A stretch of 64,000 nucleotides of DNA, taken from assembly GCF_006345805.1 (NCBI RefSeq), contig NC_042999.1, positions 37,758,001-37,822,000 on the forward strand, read 5' to 3'. Shown in pieces: positions 36,597 through 48,067 of this stretch. Source of the stretch: Octopus sinensis (taxonomy: Eukaryota). Under the pieces are notes generated by a model. That model saw only the letters and a program-made list of their open reading frames with translations, made no database searches and was not told the origin of the DNA. A program made the position numbers and the translations under genes. Every line of letters begins with the position of its first letter. The stretch's first letter is position 1.

Positions 36597-37631
36597 AAGT
36601 TGCGGCCAAAATGTTCAGAACGGCATTGTTTTCGTCAGAAAGTAGGTATAATTTTTTATCAAAGTTGTTTTATATTCTATAATTTTTACAGACAATAAAT
36701 ACAATATGAATTGTTATTGTCTGAGATTTTGGTGTAATTTGAGAGGATAATACAAAAGTTATGGATGATTTAGTGATTTACTGCAAAACCCATGCCGGCC
36801 AAAATGATCAGAACGGTTGAAAAAATAACAAAATTATCAAAAATAACAGAGAATACTGGAATTATTTAATATTTAGTGTGAAGCCCTTTAGCTTCAATCA
36901 CACTTTGACATCTTCGACTGCATGAGGAAATTAAATTTTCAATTTCTTGCTGGGTGATCTTATTCCATTCTTCCTGAAGGGCATTCCATAATTGCTCGGT
37001 TGTTTTAGGATTTCTGGCTTTCGAACGTTCTCCTAGAATATTCCACACATTTTCAATAGGATTGAAATCTGGGCTTTGAGCAGGCCAATCCATAACAATA
37101 ATTTTTTCAGCCTTGCGGAAGTTCATGACCACTTTAGCCTTGCGACATGGGGTTTTGTCCTGCATGAATATGGGCGATCGCTGAGTTGAATTTCTCAGCA
37201 CAGGCAAGGCATGATCTTTTACAAGTTGTTTATAAACTCCTGCATTTACCTTTCCAAGTAATCGCACCAAAGGGCCCACATCATCTCCAGATATCATCCG
37301 CCAAACCGTGACACTTCTTCCACCGAATTTAACACTAGTCTTAAGGCATTTAGGCGACAATTTTTCACCTACTTTTCGACGAACGTGCCTTTTCCCATCT
37401 GAGCCAAATAACATAAACTTAGATTCATCAACAAATTTTTCACTGTTCTGATCATTTTGGCAGGCATGGGCTTTGTAGTAAATCCCTAAATCATCCATAA
37501 CTTTTGTATTATCCTCTCAAATTACACCAAAATCTCAGATAATAACAATATCGTATTTATTGTCTGTGAAAATTATAGAATATAAAACAACTTTGATAAA
37601 AAATTATACCTGAACATTTTGGCCTCAACTG
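36597..37631 (-). mobile_element. Tc1-family transposon of IR/DR type, internally deleted
   Basis: ~220-bp TIRs starting (C/A)AGTTG(A/C)GGCCAAAATGTTCAG with inner direct repeat GGCCAAAATGATCAGAAC; TA on both flanks. Confidence 0.95.
36866..37440 (-). pseudogene. Tc1 transposase catalytic DD34E domain lacking the N-terminal DNA-binding domain
   Basis: FVDESKF..SVKFGGRSVTVW..FMQDKTPC..WPAQSPDFNPIENVW. Confidence 0.9.
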
Positions 37632-37887
37632 TATATATATATAATAATATTAGGGAGTAAATCCAAACTTACAGGGAAATATTAGATTTAGGATTAAATC
37701 TAATTTCACATAAAGATTTATAAATATAAATAAAAAATTTTAAATTTGAATAATTTAAATTTTAAATTTTATATTTTATATATTTTGTATATTATATTAA
37801 TTATTTTTATTTTTATGTTTTGGTTTATGTTTTTCACTCTTTGATTTGCCTAATAGTGGTTTTATTTCTAATTTAATGTATATATAT

Positions 37888-37970
<83 letters not shown>

Positions 37971-38169
37971 TTGAAAACTTTCTTTTTACATTTCACTTAA
38001 CGTCTATGTTCCATGATGGTATGGGCTGGAGAGTTATTAATATAGAAAGTTGGTATCTCAGCTACCAGCAGTTGAGGCATGCGTAATCTAGATGGCGTTT
38101 TAAAATTTCATTATTCTCTTTAACCCAGGTAACGCCGGGTATTCCTGCTAGTATATATATATATACATA

Positions 38170-38239
<70 letters not shown>

Positions 38240-38425
38240 TATATATATACATATGTGTGTGTATGTATATATATATATGTACATACATACATGTATATTA
38301 TATATTTATACATACAGATATAAAAATAAATATATATATATATGCATATATATGTATATAATTTTTTTTCAGAATGAAATTAAAAAACAATGCTGTGAAT
38401 ATGCTAGAACATTTATAAAGAGAAG

Positions 38426-38473
38426 GTCTTACAGCTGTTTCCAGGATATTCATTATATCCATTCATCGGAGAC
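38426..38473 (-). ncRNA. Type I hammerhead, CCGAUGA core
   Basis: GUCU CCGAUGA AUGGAUA..UAUCCUG GAAA CAGCUG UA^ AGAC. Confidence 0.7.
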
Positions 38474-38769
38474 GGTATGAGAAAATAGTTAAGCAAATAC
38501 AAATACATTCCCTACTTTTAGGTCACTTTAAATAAAACCCTTGATTCAACAGCACTGTGTACAAACTCTATACTTGGAATGACCAATTTTAGAAACTATT
38601 GGATTTTACTCACAAGGTATTGGAATCGTATATGTATACCATTCTGCCTAAACAATAGATCTACAAATGCAATATCCCTGAATATCTCACATCTATCTTC
38701 ATTCTTCCACTTCACTCTCTATTTCGTATCTTATCTAAATTAACTATTGCTTAACCATTCTCTCACCCC

Positions 38770-38817
38770 GTCTCCGATGAATGGATATAATAAATATCCT
38801 GGAAACAGCTGTAAGAC
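38770..38817 (+). ncRNA. Type I hammerhead, CCGAUGA core
   Basis: GUCU(38770) CCGAUGA(38774-38780) stem II GGAUA/UAUCC GAAA(38802) CAGCUG UA^(38813) AGAC. Confidence 0.7.
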
Positions 38818-39041
38818 CTTCTATTTATAAATGTTCTAAAATCTTCATAGCCTTGGTTTTTTATCTCATTCTGAAAAAAAAATATATACACATGCTGATA
38901 TATGACCTACGTTGGATTCTTTATTCGCATAATCACCGAACATGTAGCTTAACTAATGTCTATCCATAACACTTACTCAGACTTACCTGACACATTTGGG
39001 TCTTATTGATTCCATTATATCTCATAACCCCCCTCTCTCTC

Positions 39042-39086
<45 letters not shown>

Positions 39087-39519
39087 GTATGTGTGTGCGC
39101 TTGTGTGTGTGTAAGTGTGTGTATGTCTGCGTGTGTGTGTGTCCATATAGGCGTGTAAAATTCAAATACCAAAATCAGTAACCGTGAATTTGTATTCGAA
39201 ATAGTCGAAAACACCATACTGAATAAAACCACACAAAAAATATCGAGTTGAATTCTGTCAACCTATAGTCATTCTTTTGTTAAAATGTAAGTTTGTGCAA
39301 ACATCTTGGGATGTGTGAATGTGTGCGTCTGTCTCTGGGTTCATAAAAATGTATACAGAAATTGTACGTTCTTTTCATTTGCTCCGAAATTCGAAGTAAA
39401 ATATTTTATTTGATACAAACTGTCAGGTACGCGTTTACTACAAAATACGTAACAAAATGGCGGAGTTTAATACTTTTCTGTTCAGAAACCAGGTGTGATA
39501 TTTTTGAACATAGGCAGCC

Positions 39520-40145
39520 TCGCGCGCATCATTGCATCTTTTCGACGGTCATTCGGAATGCTCACAGCAGCCATATTCCTACCGCTCTATGTCACGCTGG
39601 TGAGACCCATATTGGAGTACAGGATTCAAGCCTCTTCTCCTTATCTCCTCAAAGACAGACATCATCTCGAAAGAGTCCAGAAGCTGGCTACCCGCATGGT
39701 TCTTGGTCTCAAGCATTTGTCTTATGAAGAAAGGCTGAAGACGCTCGACCTTTATTCTCTAGAAAAACGACGCCGCCGTGCTGATCTCATTCTTGCTCAC
39801 AACATCATAAGCGGAAAGTGTAACCTCTCGAAAGAGCTGTTCTTCACTCCTGCTCCAGAACGTCGGCTGCTGGGTCACTCCGAAAAGCTCTATCTGCGAC
39901 GATTTCATCTCAATTGAAGGAGAGGGGCTTTCTCCGTCCGGGTTGCGGACCCGTGGAATAAGCTGCCGGACGAGATAGTGAAGATGCCGACGACCGCTCG
40001 GTTCAAAGTCTCCCTTGACCACAAATGGCCTGAACTCTTAGCATGAACACCACCCTGTACATAACTCCATGTCCCCTTACATGGCCTTGCTTTTTGCTTT
40101 TTGAACCAAAAAATTAACTTAACTTAATTTAGCTTAACTTAACTT
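39520..40145 (+). mobile_element. CR1/L2-type LINE 3' end
   Basis: LYVTLVRPILEY..SPYLLKD..LERVQKLATRMV..SYEERLKTLDLYSLEKRRRRADLI..FSVRVADPWNKLP; (TTAAC)n tail at 40113-40145. Confidence 0.95.
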
Positions 40146-40364
40146 TTCTCCAGTCAACAAATGAACTAAGTATATTATATACGTGCATCTTGGTAGAATA
40201 GATTAGTGTGATGTACCTGTGCAATGGATTGTTGAGAAATGAATTATGGCAAGTTAAATCCCATTCAGATCCTTTTATTCAGTCTACCATCTTTTAAGAA
40301 GGAAGATATACAGGATAATGTAATCCTAAGTACAACATATAGGAGAAAAGACGAGAGGATTATG

Positions 40365-40640
40365 ACTGTGCAATGGCGGGTAGCTTAGTGCTTACATTGC
40401 TGGGCTCATTATCATAATACTGTGGGCTCGATTCCTTGACGGGGTGGCGCGGTGTGTCTTTCAGCAAAGCATTTCATTCCACAATACTCCAGTCTATTCT
40501 TCCTCAACGAGCATCAGACGAGTGCTCGAGCAGCCCTTTAGTCCTCTTGTCAAATGCTGGACACTCCACCGACTCAAGAGGCGAGTGGACAAAAGGGTGT
40601 ATATATCTGCTTGTGACTACATAGGTAACTATAAACAATT
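40365..40640 (+). mobile_element. Old tRNA-derived SINE (D-like)
   Basis: Degenerate A/B boxes and GTGTCTTTCAGCAAAGCATTT block. Confidence 0.5.
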
Positions 40641-41090
40641 AGCGAAAACATAGTACATTCAAACAAGCCCATTCGCTCGCGAGTGACGTCTGGTCGTGAT
40701 TACGGCTGGAATGCCTTTCAACGTAGATGTAACCTACATTACCCTTAGGGTTTCAAAGCACTGTTCTTGAACCGAGACATTTGACTAAATTTCGACACTG
40801 CTGTTCTAAATTTCCGCAATACTTAGTCTTAAACCCGCTACCTAACCTCAAGACAAAGTTAACAGTTATCCTACGTAGTAATGTTCTTTTTGGAACTGAA
40901 ATCAGTAGTGTACGACAAAAACGAAATGAAAGAGATGACTTTCAAACGATGAAAAGTATAATGGAAACTCATTATTTCAGTCTTTTCAACTATCGTTATA
41001 CTACAGATCTATATTTAAGAGACGAAGAATTATGTACATTATTTACTTTATTTACAATTGACGGTTATTTGTCCTCATCTTGTTTGTTTG

Positions 41091-41303
41091 GGTATAATTG
41101 ATCATGTATGGAAAAATGGAGACTACCTTCCCCTGTGGGATGAATTTAAAATAACAGACAGAGACCACCACTGAAAAATACGAAAACTAAAAGAAGCAGC
41201 ACATATGCTGGGACAGAACAACCTCCTAAGCAGACCGAGTGCAGATATGAATACTATATGGGAACCGGTATTAAGGAAGGATAGGAGAATATTAGATTTA
41301 TAA
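41091..41303 (+). pseudogene. Penelope-like element GIY-YIG endonuclease C-terminus
   Basis: GIIDHVWKNGDYLPLWDEFKITDRDHH*KIRKLKEAAHMLGQNNLLSRPSADMNTIWEPVLRKDRRILDL*; fits the PLE pattern H-x-W..W..KI-x-D-x-E..R-x-x-KEA..I/L-W-x-P-x-L; one in-frame TGA. Confidence 0.75.
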
Positions 41304-41332
41304 GCCCTAAAATTCACTCCATACTTGCCCTC

Positions 41333-41405
41333 GGGCACATGGCGTAGTGGTTAAGAGTGCGGGCTACTAACCCTAAGATTCCGAGTTCTATTCCAGGCAG
41401 TGACC
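41333..41405 (+). mobile_element. tRNA-Ser-like Pol III head (A box, CT-ACT-AA loop, B box); not a complete tRNA
   Basis: A box TGGCGTAGTGG 41340-41350, loop CTACTAA 41364-41370, B box GAGTTCTATTCC 41383-41394; no pairing 3' acceptor stem. Confidence 0.8.
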
Positions 41406-41486
41406 TGAATAATAATAATAATAATAATGATGATAACATCGAAAAATACCTTAGGAATGAGAACATTGGTTCGAAATTTCCCCAAG

Positions 41487-41530
41487 ACACCTAATGAAGG
41501 CTGGAGCATATATCAGCCGAAACGTTGTGT
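41487..41530 (+). ncRNA. Minimal type I hammerhead ribozyme motif
   Basis: ACAC CUAAUGA A GGCUG-GAGCAUAUAU-CAGCC GAAA CG UU^ GUGU; perfect stems I and II; G5 reads A in this copy. Confidence 0.8.
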
Positions 41531-42394
41531 TAACAACAAACAAAATGAGGAAAAATATCCGCCGATTGTAAATAATGTATCGTTATACTAAATGTCATTT
41601 TTTGCCTGAAACATGAGTATTACTAAGCCACGCGGTTACATAAAAAGAATTAATTTTTTACAGATTGGGCAGGTTGTATGCGGAATAATATTTCCAATAT
41701 GTTGTTGCTATTGTTTTCTTAAGCAATCCACATCGTTATGTTTGCTTCAAAAGAAGGTCACCAGTCTTTAAGGTAGATATTAATGTCAATTGACTTGATT
41801 CGATTATATTTTCATTAGTTCACTTAGAGCCTTCCAGTATGATAGAAGTCACAGTTATCCCACATAAAGTAATGTCACGAAATAAGAATCACTTGCACTA
41901 AGGCATATAAAGAATACAAAGGGGACATCTGATTATATGTAGTCCTGAATTTGGCGCATTTATTTTATCCAGCAGGGGAGAATGGGAAAGTGGAATGTGG
42001 AGTCGAAAAATGGTGGATATTTGAACCAAAAAAGCAAAGCAATTAAATATCAGAACACCGTACCATTGCTACCACTCTACTACCATTTCATCACTTCATC
42101 AATTTTCTAAGAAATTAAAAAAAGGTATTGAAGTGAAAATGGGACCTCCATGTAGTCACCCCACCCGGAAGAAATGACTGGAAAACTCCTTCAAAGAACA
42201 CCTTCTCATTTTAAGTAAGGCAAGAACATATTACCTGTAAGCATAGGTTTGCTTACTGAGAACTGACTTGGGGTAAACGACAAAACAACAGCAGCAGCAA
42301 CAACAACAACAACAATGATAACAACACTGGCCCCCAAATTGTCCTCATATTACACTTTATCGTTACTTTTAATTATCATTACTTAATTAACCGG

Positions 42395-42620
42395 TTTCCC
42401 CCGTTTCTTTGGCGTATAGGTTCTCCATCTGGATGGGACGTCGCAGATAATAGTGGAAAAGGAGTCAGCAGAAGTTCGCCGTTACCTTCTGCCGGAGCCG
42501 GGTGGAGCTTATGTGTTCCGCTCATAAACACACACACACACATCGCCTGGTCTGAGATTCGAACACGCCATCACTCGACTGCGAGTCCGCTGCTCTAACC
42601 ACTGGGCCATGAGCCTCCAC
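42395..42620 (-). mobile_element. SINE family C head with a further different, degenerate tail
   Basis: C head to GGCTCCGGCAGAAGG, then sequence unlike tails 1-3. Confidence 0.75.
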
Positions 42621-42783
42621 ACTACTAATAAATGTAATTATATATAAATAACATATTTTTGCTAAACTGTAAAAAAAAAAGCCAGTATGGGGACATTTTC
42701 ATTTTAATCCTGCCTGATCAAATGATCAGGCACTAAACAACAACAACAAGTAGCCATTAACTAGTCGTGTCTTTAGACTTCGA

Positions 42784-43567
42784 AGGCGGCGAGCTGGCAG
42801 AATCGTTAGCACACCGGGCGAAATGCGTAGCCGTATTTCGTCGCCCTTACGTTCTGAGTTCAAATTCCGCCGAGGTCGACTTTGCCTTTCATCCTTTCGG
42901 GGTCGATAAATTAAGTACCAGCTATGCACTGGGGTCGATGTAATCGACTTAATCCGTTCGTCTGACCATGTTTGTCCCCTCTATGTTTAGCCCCTTGTGG
43001 GTAATAAAGAAACAGGTATTTCGCCTGCCGCTACGTTCTGAGTTCAAATTCCGCCGAGGTCGGCTTTGCCTGTCATCCTTTCGGGGTCGATAAATTAAGT
43101 ACCAGTTATGCACTGGGGTCGATGTAATCGACTTAATCCGTTTGTCTGTCCTTGTTTGTCCCCTCTATGTTTAGCCCCTTGTAGGTAATAAAGAAACAGG
43201 TATTTCGCCTGCCGCTACGTTCTGAGTTCAAATTCCGCCGAGGTCCGCTTTGCCTGTCATTCTTTCGGGGTCGATAAATTAAGTACCAGTTACGCACTGG
43301 GGTTGATGTAATCGACTTAATCCGTTTGTCTGTCCTTGTTTGTCCCCTCTATGTTTAGCCCCTTGTGGGTAATAAAGAAACAGGTATTTCGCCTGCCGCT
43401 ACGTTCTGAGTTCAAATTCCGCCGAGGTCGACTTTGCCTGTCATCCTTTCGGGGTCGATAAATTAAGTACCAGTTACGCACAGGGGTCGATGTAATCGAC
43501 TTAATCCGGTTGTCTGTCCTTGTTTGTCCCCTCCATGTTTAGGCCCTTGTGGGCAATAAATAAATAA
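42784..43567 (+). mobile_element. SINE A1 tetramer: one head and four 183-184-bp bodies, single TSD
   Basis: Units start at 42832, 43015, 43199, 43383; 17-bp TSD GTGTCTTTAGACT(T/C)CGA at 42767-42783 and 43568-43584. Confidence 0.95.
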
Positions 43568-43997
43568 GTGTCTTTAGACTCCGACAATTTGCAATATTTT
43601 TTTCTTGACACCTTTTCTACAAGTTCAAATCTTGCTGAGGTCAACTTTATCTTTCATTCTTTCGGGGTTGATAAAAAAGAAGTATCTGTTCAAGACAATA
43701 GATGGCTCAAATCCCAAATCAGAATCCTATACGATACCCTGCACTACTTTTTCTAGATTTTTGCCTTCTCAGATGATAAACACGCCATCACTCGGTTTAA
43801 TACCAACATCTCGTTCTTAGATATCTTTAACGAATCATTCTATTTTAAGCATTTTAGGATCAGGGTTCTGCTTATGCACTTTGTCCTACAAATATCAAAG
43901 ACTCTGAAAAAAAAATAGTAATCATAGATGCTGACCTATCCCGAGAAAAATAACGAAGCAAAAATAGCTAATCATTGCTATTACTGTCATGTTTCTT

Positions 43998-44475
43998 AAG
44001 GCAGCGAGCTGGCAGAATCGTTAGCATGCCGGAGAAAATGCTTAGCGGCGATTCGTCCGTTTTTACGTTCTGAGTTCAATTTCCGCCGAGGTCGACTTTG
44101 ACTTTCATCTTTTCGGGATTGATAAAGTAAATATTAATTAGTTGCGTACTGGGGGCGATGTAATTGACTATCCCCACTCCTCCGAATTTCAGGCCTTGTG
44201 CCTATAGTAGAAAGGATTATTGTTATGTTTCTTAGGGCGGCGAGCTGGTAGAATCGTTAGCATGCCGGGAAAAATTATTAGTGGCGTTTCGTCCGTCTTT
44301 ACGTTCCGAGTTCAAATTCCGCTGAGGTCGACTTTGCCTTTCTTCCTTTTAGGGATCGATAAAATAAGTACCAGCTGCATACTGGAGTCGATGTATTCGA
44401 CTGTCCTCTCCCCCAAATGTAATCGACTTAACCCGTGCCCCCAAATAGCTATTTATATCAAAATTTGAAACCATC
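43998..44475 (+). mobile_element. Two adjacent SINE A2 copies (43998-44222 and 44234-44475)
   Basis: Each has its own head, each preceded by ATGTTTCTTA (probable TSD); different tails. Confidence 0.9.
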
Positions 44476-45669
44476 ATTGTTACGTTATTTGGCTTCATTG
44501 TTGCTAATATATTTACCGTAACCCAAGCGCTCGTGTTGCAAGTCAGCAGCCATTTTAGGAACAAAATAACCGGACAGCTATTACATCTCTCCGTTTGTAA
44601 TATCAATGGAGTTTGTTTATCAGATGTAAGCTCTCGTTCGACTTGCATAGTGCTTGCAGCATTTAAAATTTTAAATCACATCGTTTATATTCATATATTT
44701 GTTTAGCTGATATTTTCTCTTTTATTATTTCATTAATCTCTCTGATGCGATCTAACCTCGTCTAATATATCGCTTTTAATCTCTGTCGAATGAGGTTTTG
44801 ATCGATTAGCTTCTTAATTTTGTTGTTTTCTCTATTTTTTCGTGTTTTTTTGTTGTGTAATGTTTATTTATATATTTTATTTTAATTTTATTCATTTATG
44901 TTATTATCTTTTTTTTTTTATATAGTTTCATTTTGTTCGTTACTCAAGGCGATGTCGTAGCGCTCATTATATATATATTTTTATTTTCTAATGACAATTG
45001 ATGCTGATTATTGATCTGGAGTATTGGAAGAGTTATGCGCCACAGGGAAGGATTACCATCCAAGATTGGCCGGTTTAGTCAGGAAACGTATGAGTAAATA
45101 CATATACATACATAGCTACATAGCTACATATACACATGCATACACATACATACATACATACATACATACATACATACATACATAGATACATACATATATA
45201 CATACATACATACATACATGCATGCATACATACATACACATACATGTATATATCTATATTCTACATACATATACATTGTTTAACCGTCACTCGCAAGCAA
45301 GTATGGTTTGGTGGCTTAAATAAAGATTTTGTAAATTGCTTTTAGTTCCTACCTAGATAAAGATACTGATAAAGATCGTAGCAAACAGATGAAGATAGTA
45401 GAGTATCGAAAATACGACTGATGGAGGAAGAAAGGATTGCTTAAACAACCCGCCGGTGTTCATCCTTCGCTAATAAACTGGGTCAACGTGGAACGATGTG
45501 GTCTCCTCTAACGTACAACGTGTTCCTTGATCCATGCATCCAACTCACGACTTCATAACTGTGAGCCTAATACTTCAATTTGTAGGTGACGTACTTTCGC
45601 ACTCATACACACAAACATACACATACACGCGGGCATAGACACATTTATGTATATATATATATATATATT

Positions 45670-45975
45670 ATGGCTGCCCCCTCGTTATCGAGTATGGCCA
45701 TTGCACGAAGCTTAACCGTTACTGGTGCTGTGATCGAATGTGGGTTTTTAGCCCAGCTAAAGATCTACAATGTCTTGTACAAAATTGGCAACTAAAACCT
45801 TTACTGGTAATAGCCGGCTGTATTTGTAACTGGGCTTCATGTACCTTAGCATGTCGTTTAAGTCCTCCTGCCGAATTACACTCTCTTCCACATGCCCGAC
45901 AGATATGATTAGTATGGTGTGTCACACCACCACCAGTGGCCAGGTTGTCACTCATCTCGTTTTATGACTACGAAG
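45670..45975 (-). mobile_element. Probable RTE LINE 3' end encoding two C2H2 zinc fingers
   Basis: ORF 45719-45955: CRACGRECNSAGGLKRHAKVH..CQFCTRHCRSLAGLKTHIRSQH*, short 3' tail into (TA)n; no canonical TGEKP linker. Confidence 0.55.
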
Positions 45976-46204
45976 ATGACTCTTGAGTCATATATATACG
46001 TATATACATACATACACTCACACACACACTCACACACACACATACACACACACATACACACACACGCGCACACGCACACACACACACACATAAATATATG
46101 TAAGGATTTTATTGTTTACAATAACATCAGGTGGTATAGCATGCATAAAACAATACCATGAGATAAAACAAATAATTAATGAATAATTAAGGGCACTACA
46201 GGTA

Positions 46205-46455
46205 GCACCAGGACGCTAAAAATAGCAGTCAGAACACAGCTACAACCACAAACTTCTTCTGATACACATTAATTGAAGTCGGGGGAATGAACAAAAAATC
46301 GTGATAATACGGGTATGTCTGACTTTCCAATTTACAATTCTTTTCGTTATTGGAACGGGTTTGGAATATTTACTCATTCCTCCGACTTCATTTAAAGTGT
46401 ATTAGTGAAAATTTGTGGTTGTGTTTTCTGACTGCTAATTTTAGCGTGCCGGTGC
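46205..46455. mobile_element. Unclassified MITE with ~90-bp TIRs
   Basis: GCACCAGGACGCTAAAAATAGCAGTCAGAA.. matches the reverse complement of ..TTCTGACTGCTAATTTTAGCGTGCCGGTGC. Confidence 0.75.
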
Positions 46456-46735
46456 AACGCGGTCGTAGAATCGCGGTTTCGATTCCTAGACCGGGCGTTG
46501 TGAGTGTTTATTGAGCGAAAACACCTAAAGCTCCACGAGGCTCCGGCAGGGGATGGTGGCGATCCCTGCTGTACTCTTTCACCACAACTTTCTCTCACTC
46601 TTTCTTCTGTTGGCTTGCTCGCTTAGCCAGCGGGGTGGCGTCATTTAAAGGCTAAAAAAACAATCGAAGCGCATTGTGACCAGCGATGTGTAGCAACATC
46701 TGATAGCCTGGTCGGTCACGGTGATCACGGTGATA
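46456..46735 (+). mobile_element. SINE family C with tail type 3, 5' of head missing
   Basis: B box and C body, then GCTTGCTCGCTTAGCCAGCGGGGTGGCG..GGTCACGGTGAT. Confidence 0.85.
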
Positions 46736-46809
46736 TATATATATGTATATATAATATATATGTATATATATAATATATATAATATATATATATTATTATA
46801 TATATGTAT

Positions 46810-46842
<33 letters not shown>

Positions 46843-46894
46843 GTGTGGGTGTGTGTGAGCGTGCGTGTGTGGTATCTATGTATGTATTTATGTT

Positions 46895-47032
46895 GCCTGG
46901 TGGCTAGGGTATTCGGTTCACGATAGTAGGTTGTGAGTTCAATTTCCGGGCGGTATCTTGTGTTCTTGAGCAAGCTGTTTCGTTGATTGGATCAAATGGA
47001 ACCCTCGTCGTCGTCACCGATGGAGTGCTACA
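46895..47032 (+). mobile_element. Chimeric SINE fragment: D-type head joined to C-type tail 1
   Basis: GGGTATTCGGTTCACGAT..CTTGAGCAAG|CTGTTTCGTTGATTGGATC..CGTCGTCACCGATGGAGTGCT. Confidence 0.65.
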
Positions 47033-47389
47033 CGCACACACATGCTTGAAACTGCCAGTCAAACACTCTTGTACTGACCATTACCCTACGCACAGCCTAA
47101 GAAACACATTACACAAAAGACAGCCACTCCTACTACCAAATTCTTCCTACAACAGTAAGCGACACAAAGTTCACTCACACATACACATATAACAGCCGAA
47201 ACCACACACACAAACACATACAACGCATAGACACACACACGCACACACACGTGCTATTATACCCACACGGACTTGCGCGCACGCACATACCCACACATAC
47301 ACACATACCTCCTTCTCTTACATTCTCCTGTCTTACAAAGAACTTTTTCTTCACCCATTCCCTTCCGGTTATTTCAAAATGTAACCACA

Positions 47390-47565
47390 TGTGAATCGTT
47401 GGCGATTTTCTTCCTCCGTCTTCCTTTCTATTGGACTTTCCTCTGTTTTCGAAGAAGAGCGTTTGCTCGAAACGTTAAACCATATTTCTTTCCTGAGCGT
47501 CTGCTAATACATTACATGTACCACGTCCTCCAGTTGTTTTTTGTGTTTGTTCGTTTTGGATTTAT
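47390..47565 (+). mobile_element. Hammerhead-bearing repeat family E, diverged
   Basis: HHR 47445-47480: GUUU UCGAAGA A GAGC-GUUU-GCUC GAAA CG UU^ AAAC. Confidence 0.7.
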
Positions 47566-47589
47566 ATACACATATACATACATACAACA

Positions 47590-47650
<61 letters not shown>

Positions 47651-48021
47651 TATATATATAATATATACTATATATATATATATACATATATATAGATATA
47701 GATATATATATATATATATATACATACATACATATATATATATATATAAATCAATAGCTTGCCAGTGGATAAGACTGACGATATCATTAACGATGAAATT
47801 TCGAAATCACTATCAAAATTATAAGTAACGTTCGATTTTGCATCGCAGTAAGTAATTGTTTTCTTATTAATCTCTGCAATCTATACAATTTTGAAAAATG
47901 TCCTTTAACTCTTTGTTCCCCTCGGTCAAATTTCAAATTTCTTTACTCGGTTCTATTAATGTTACGATATATATAATGGCAATAAGAAATCATCATCATT
48001 ATCGTCGTCCTCGTCATCATC

Positions 48022-48067
<46 letters not shown>

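Larger units (their letters stand above)
38355..38890. mobile_element. Inverted pair of family G hammerhead modules
   Basis: ~38355-38500 is the reverse complement of ~38745-38890 (roughly 85% identical by eye). Confidence 0.8.

Noticed and set aside
41333-41405. Functional tRNA-Ser gene
   Set aside because: No pairing 3' acceptor stem or long variable arm, mutated B box, and it runs into repeat sequence; treated as a SINE-type head. The same applies to the heads of SINEs A-D.
42832-43567. CRISPR-like or satellite array
   Set aside because: Units are complete SINE bodies without unique spacers; eukaryotic context with no cas genes.
45380-45420. CAGAUGA A GAUA..UAUC GAAA hammerhead-like string
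   Set aside because: Core mutated, no stem I and no cleavage triplet; too degenerate to count.
47770-47815. CUGACGA..GAAA motif
   Set aside because: Only a 3-bp stem II and no stem I; compatible with chance.
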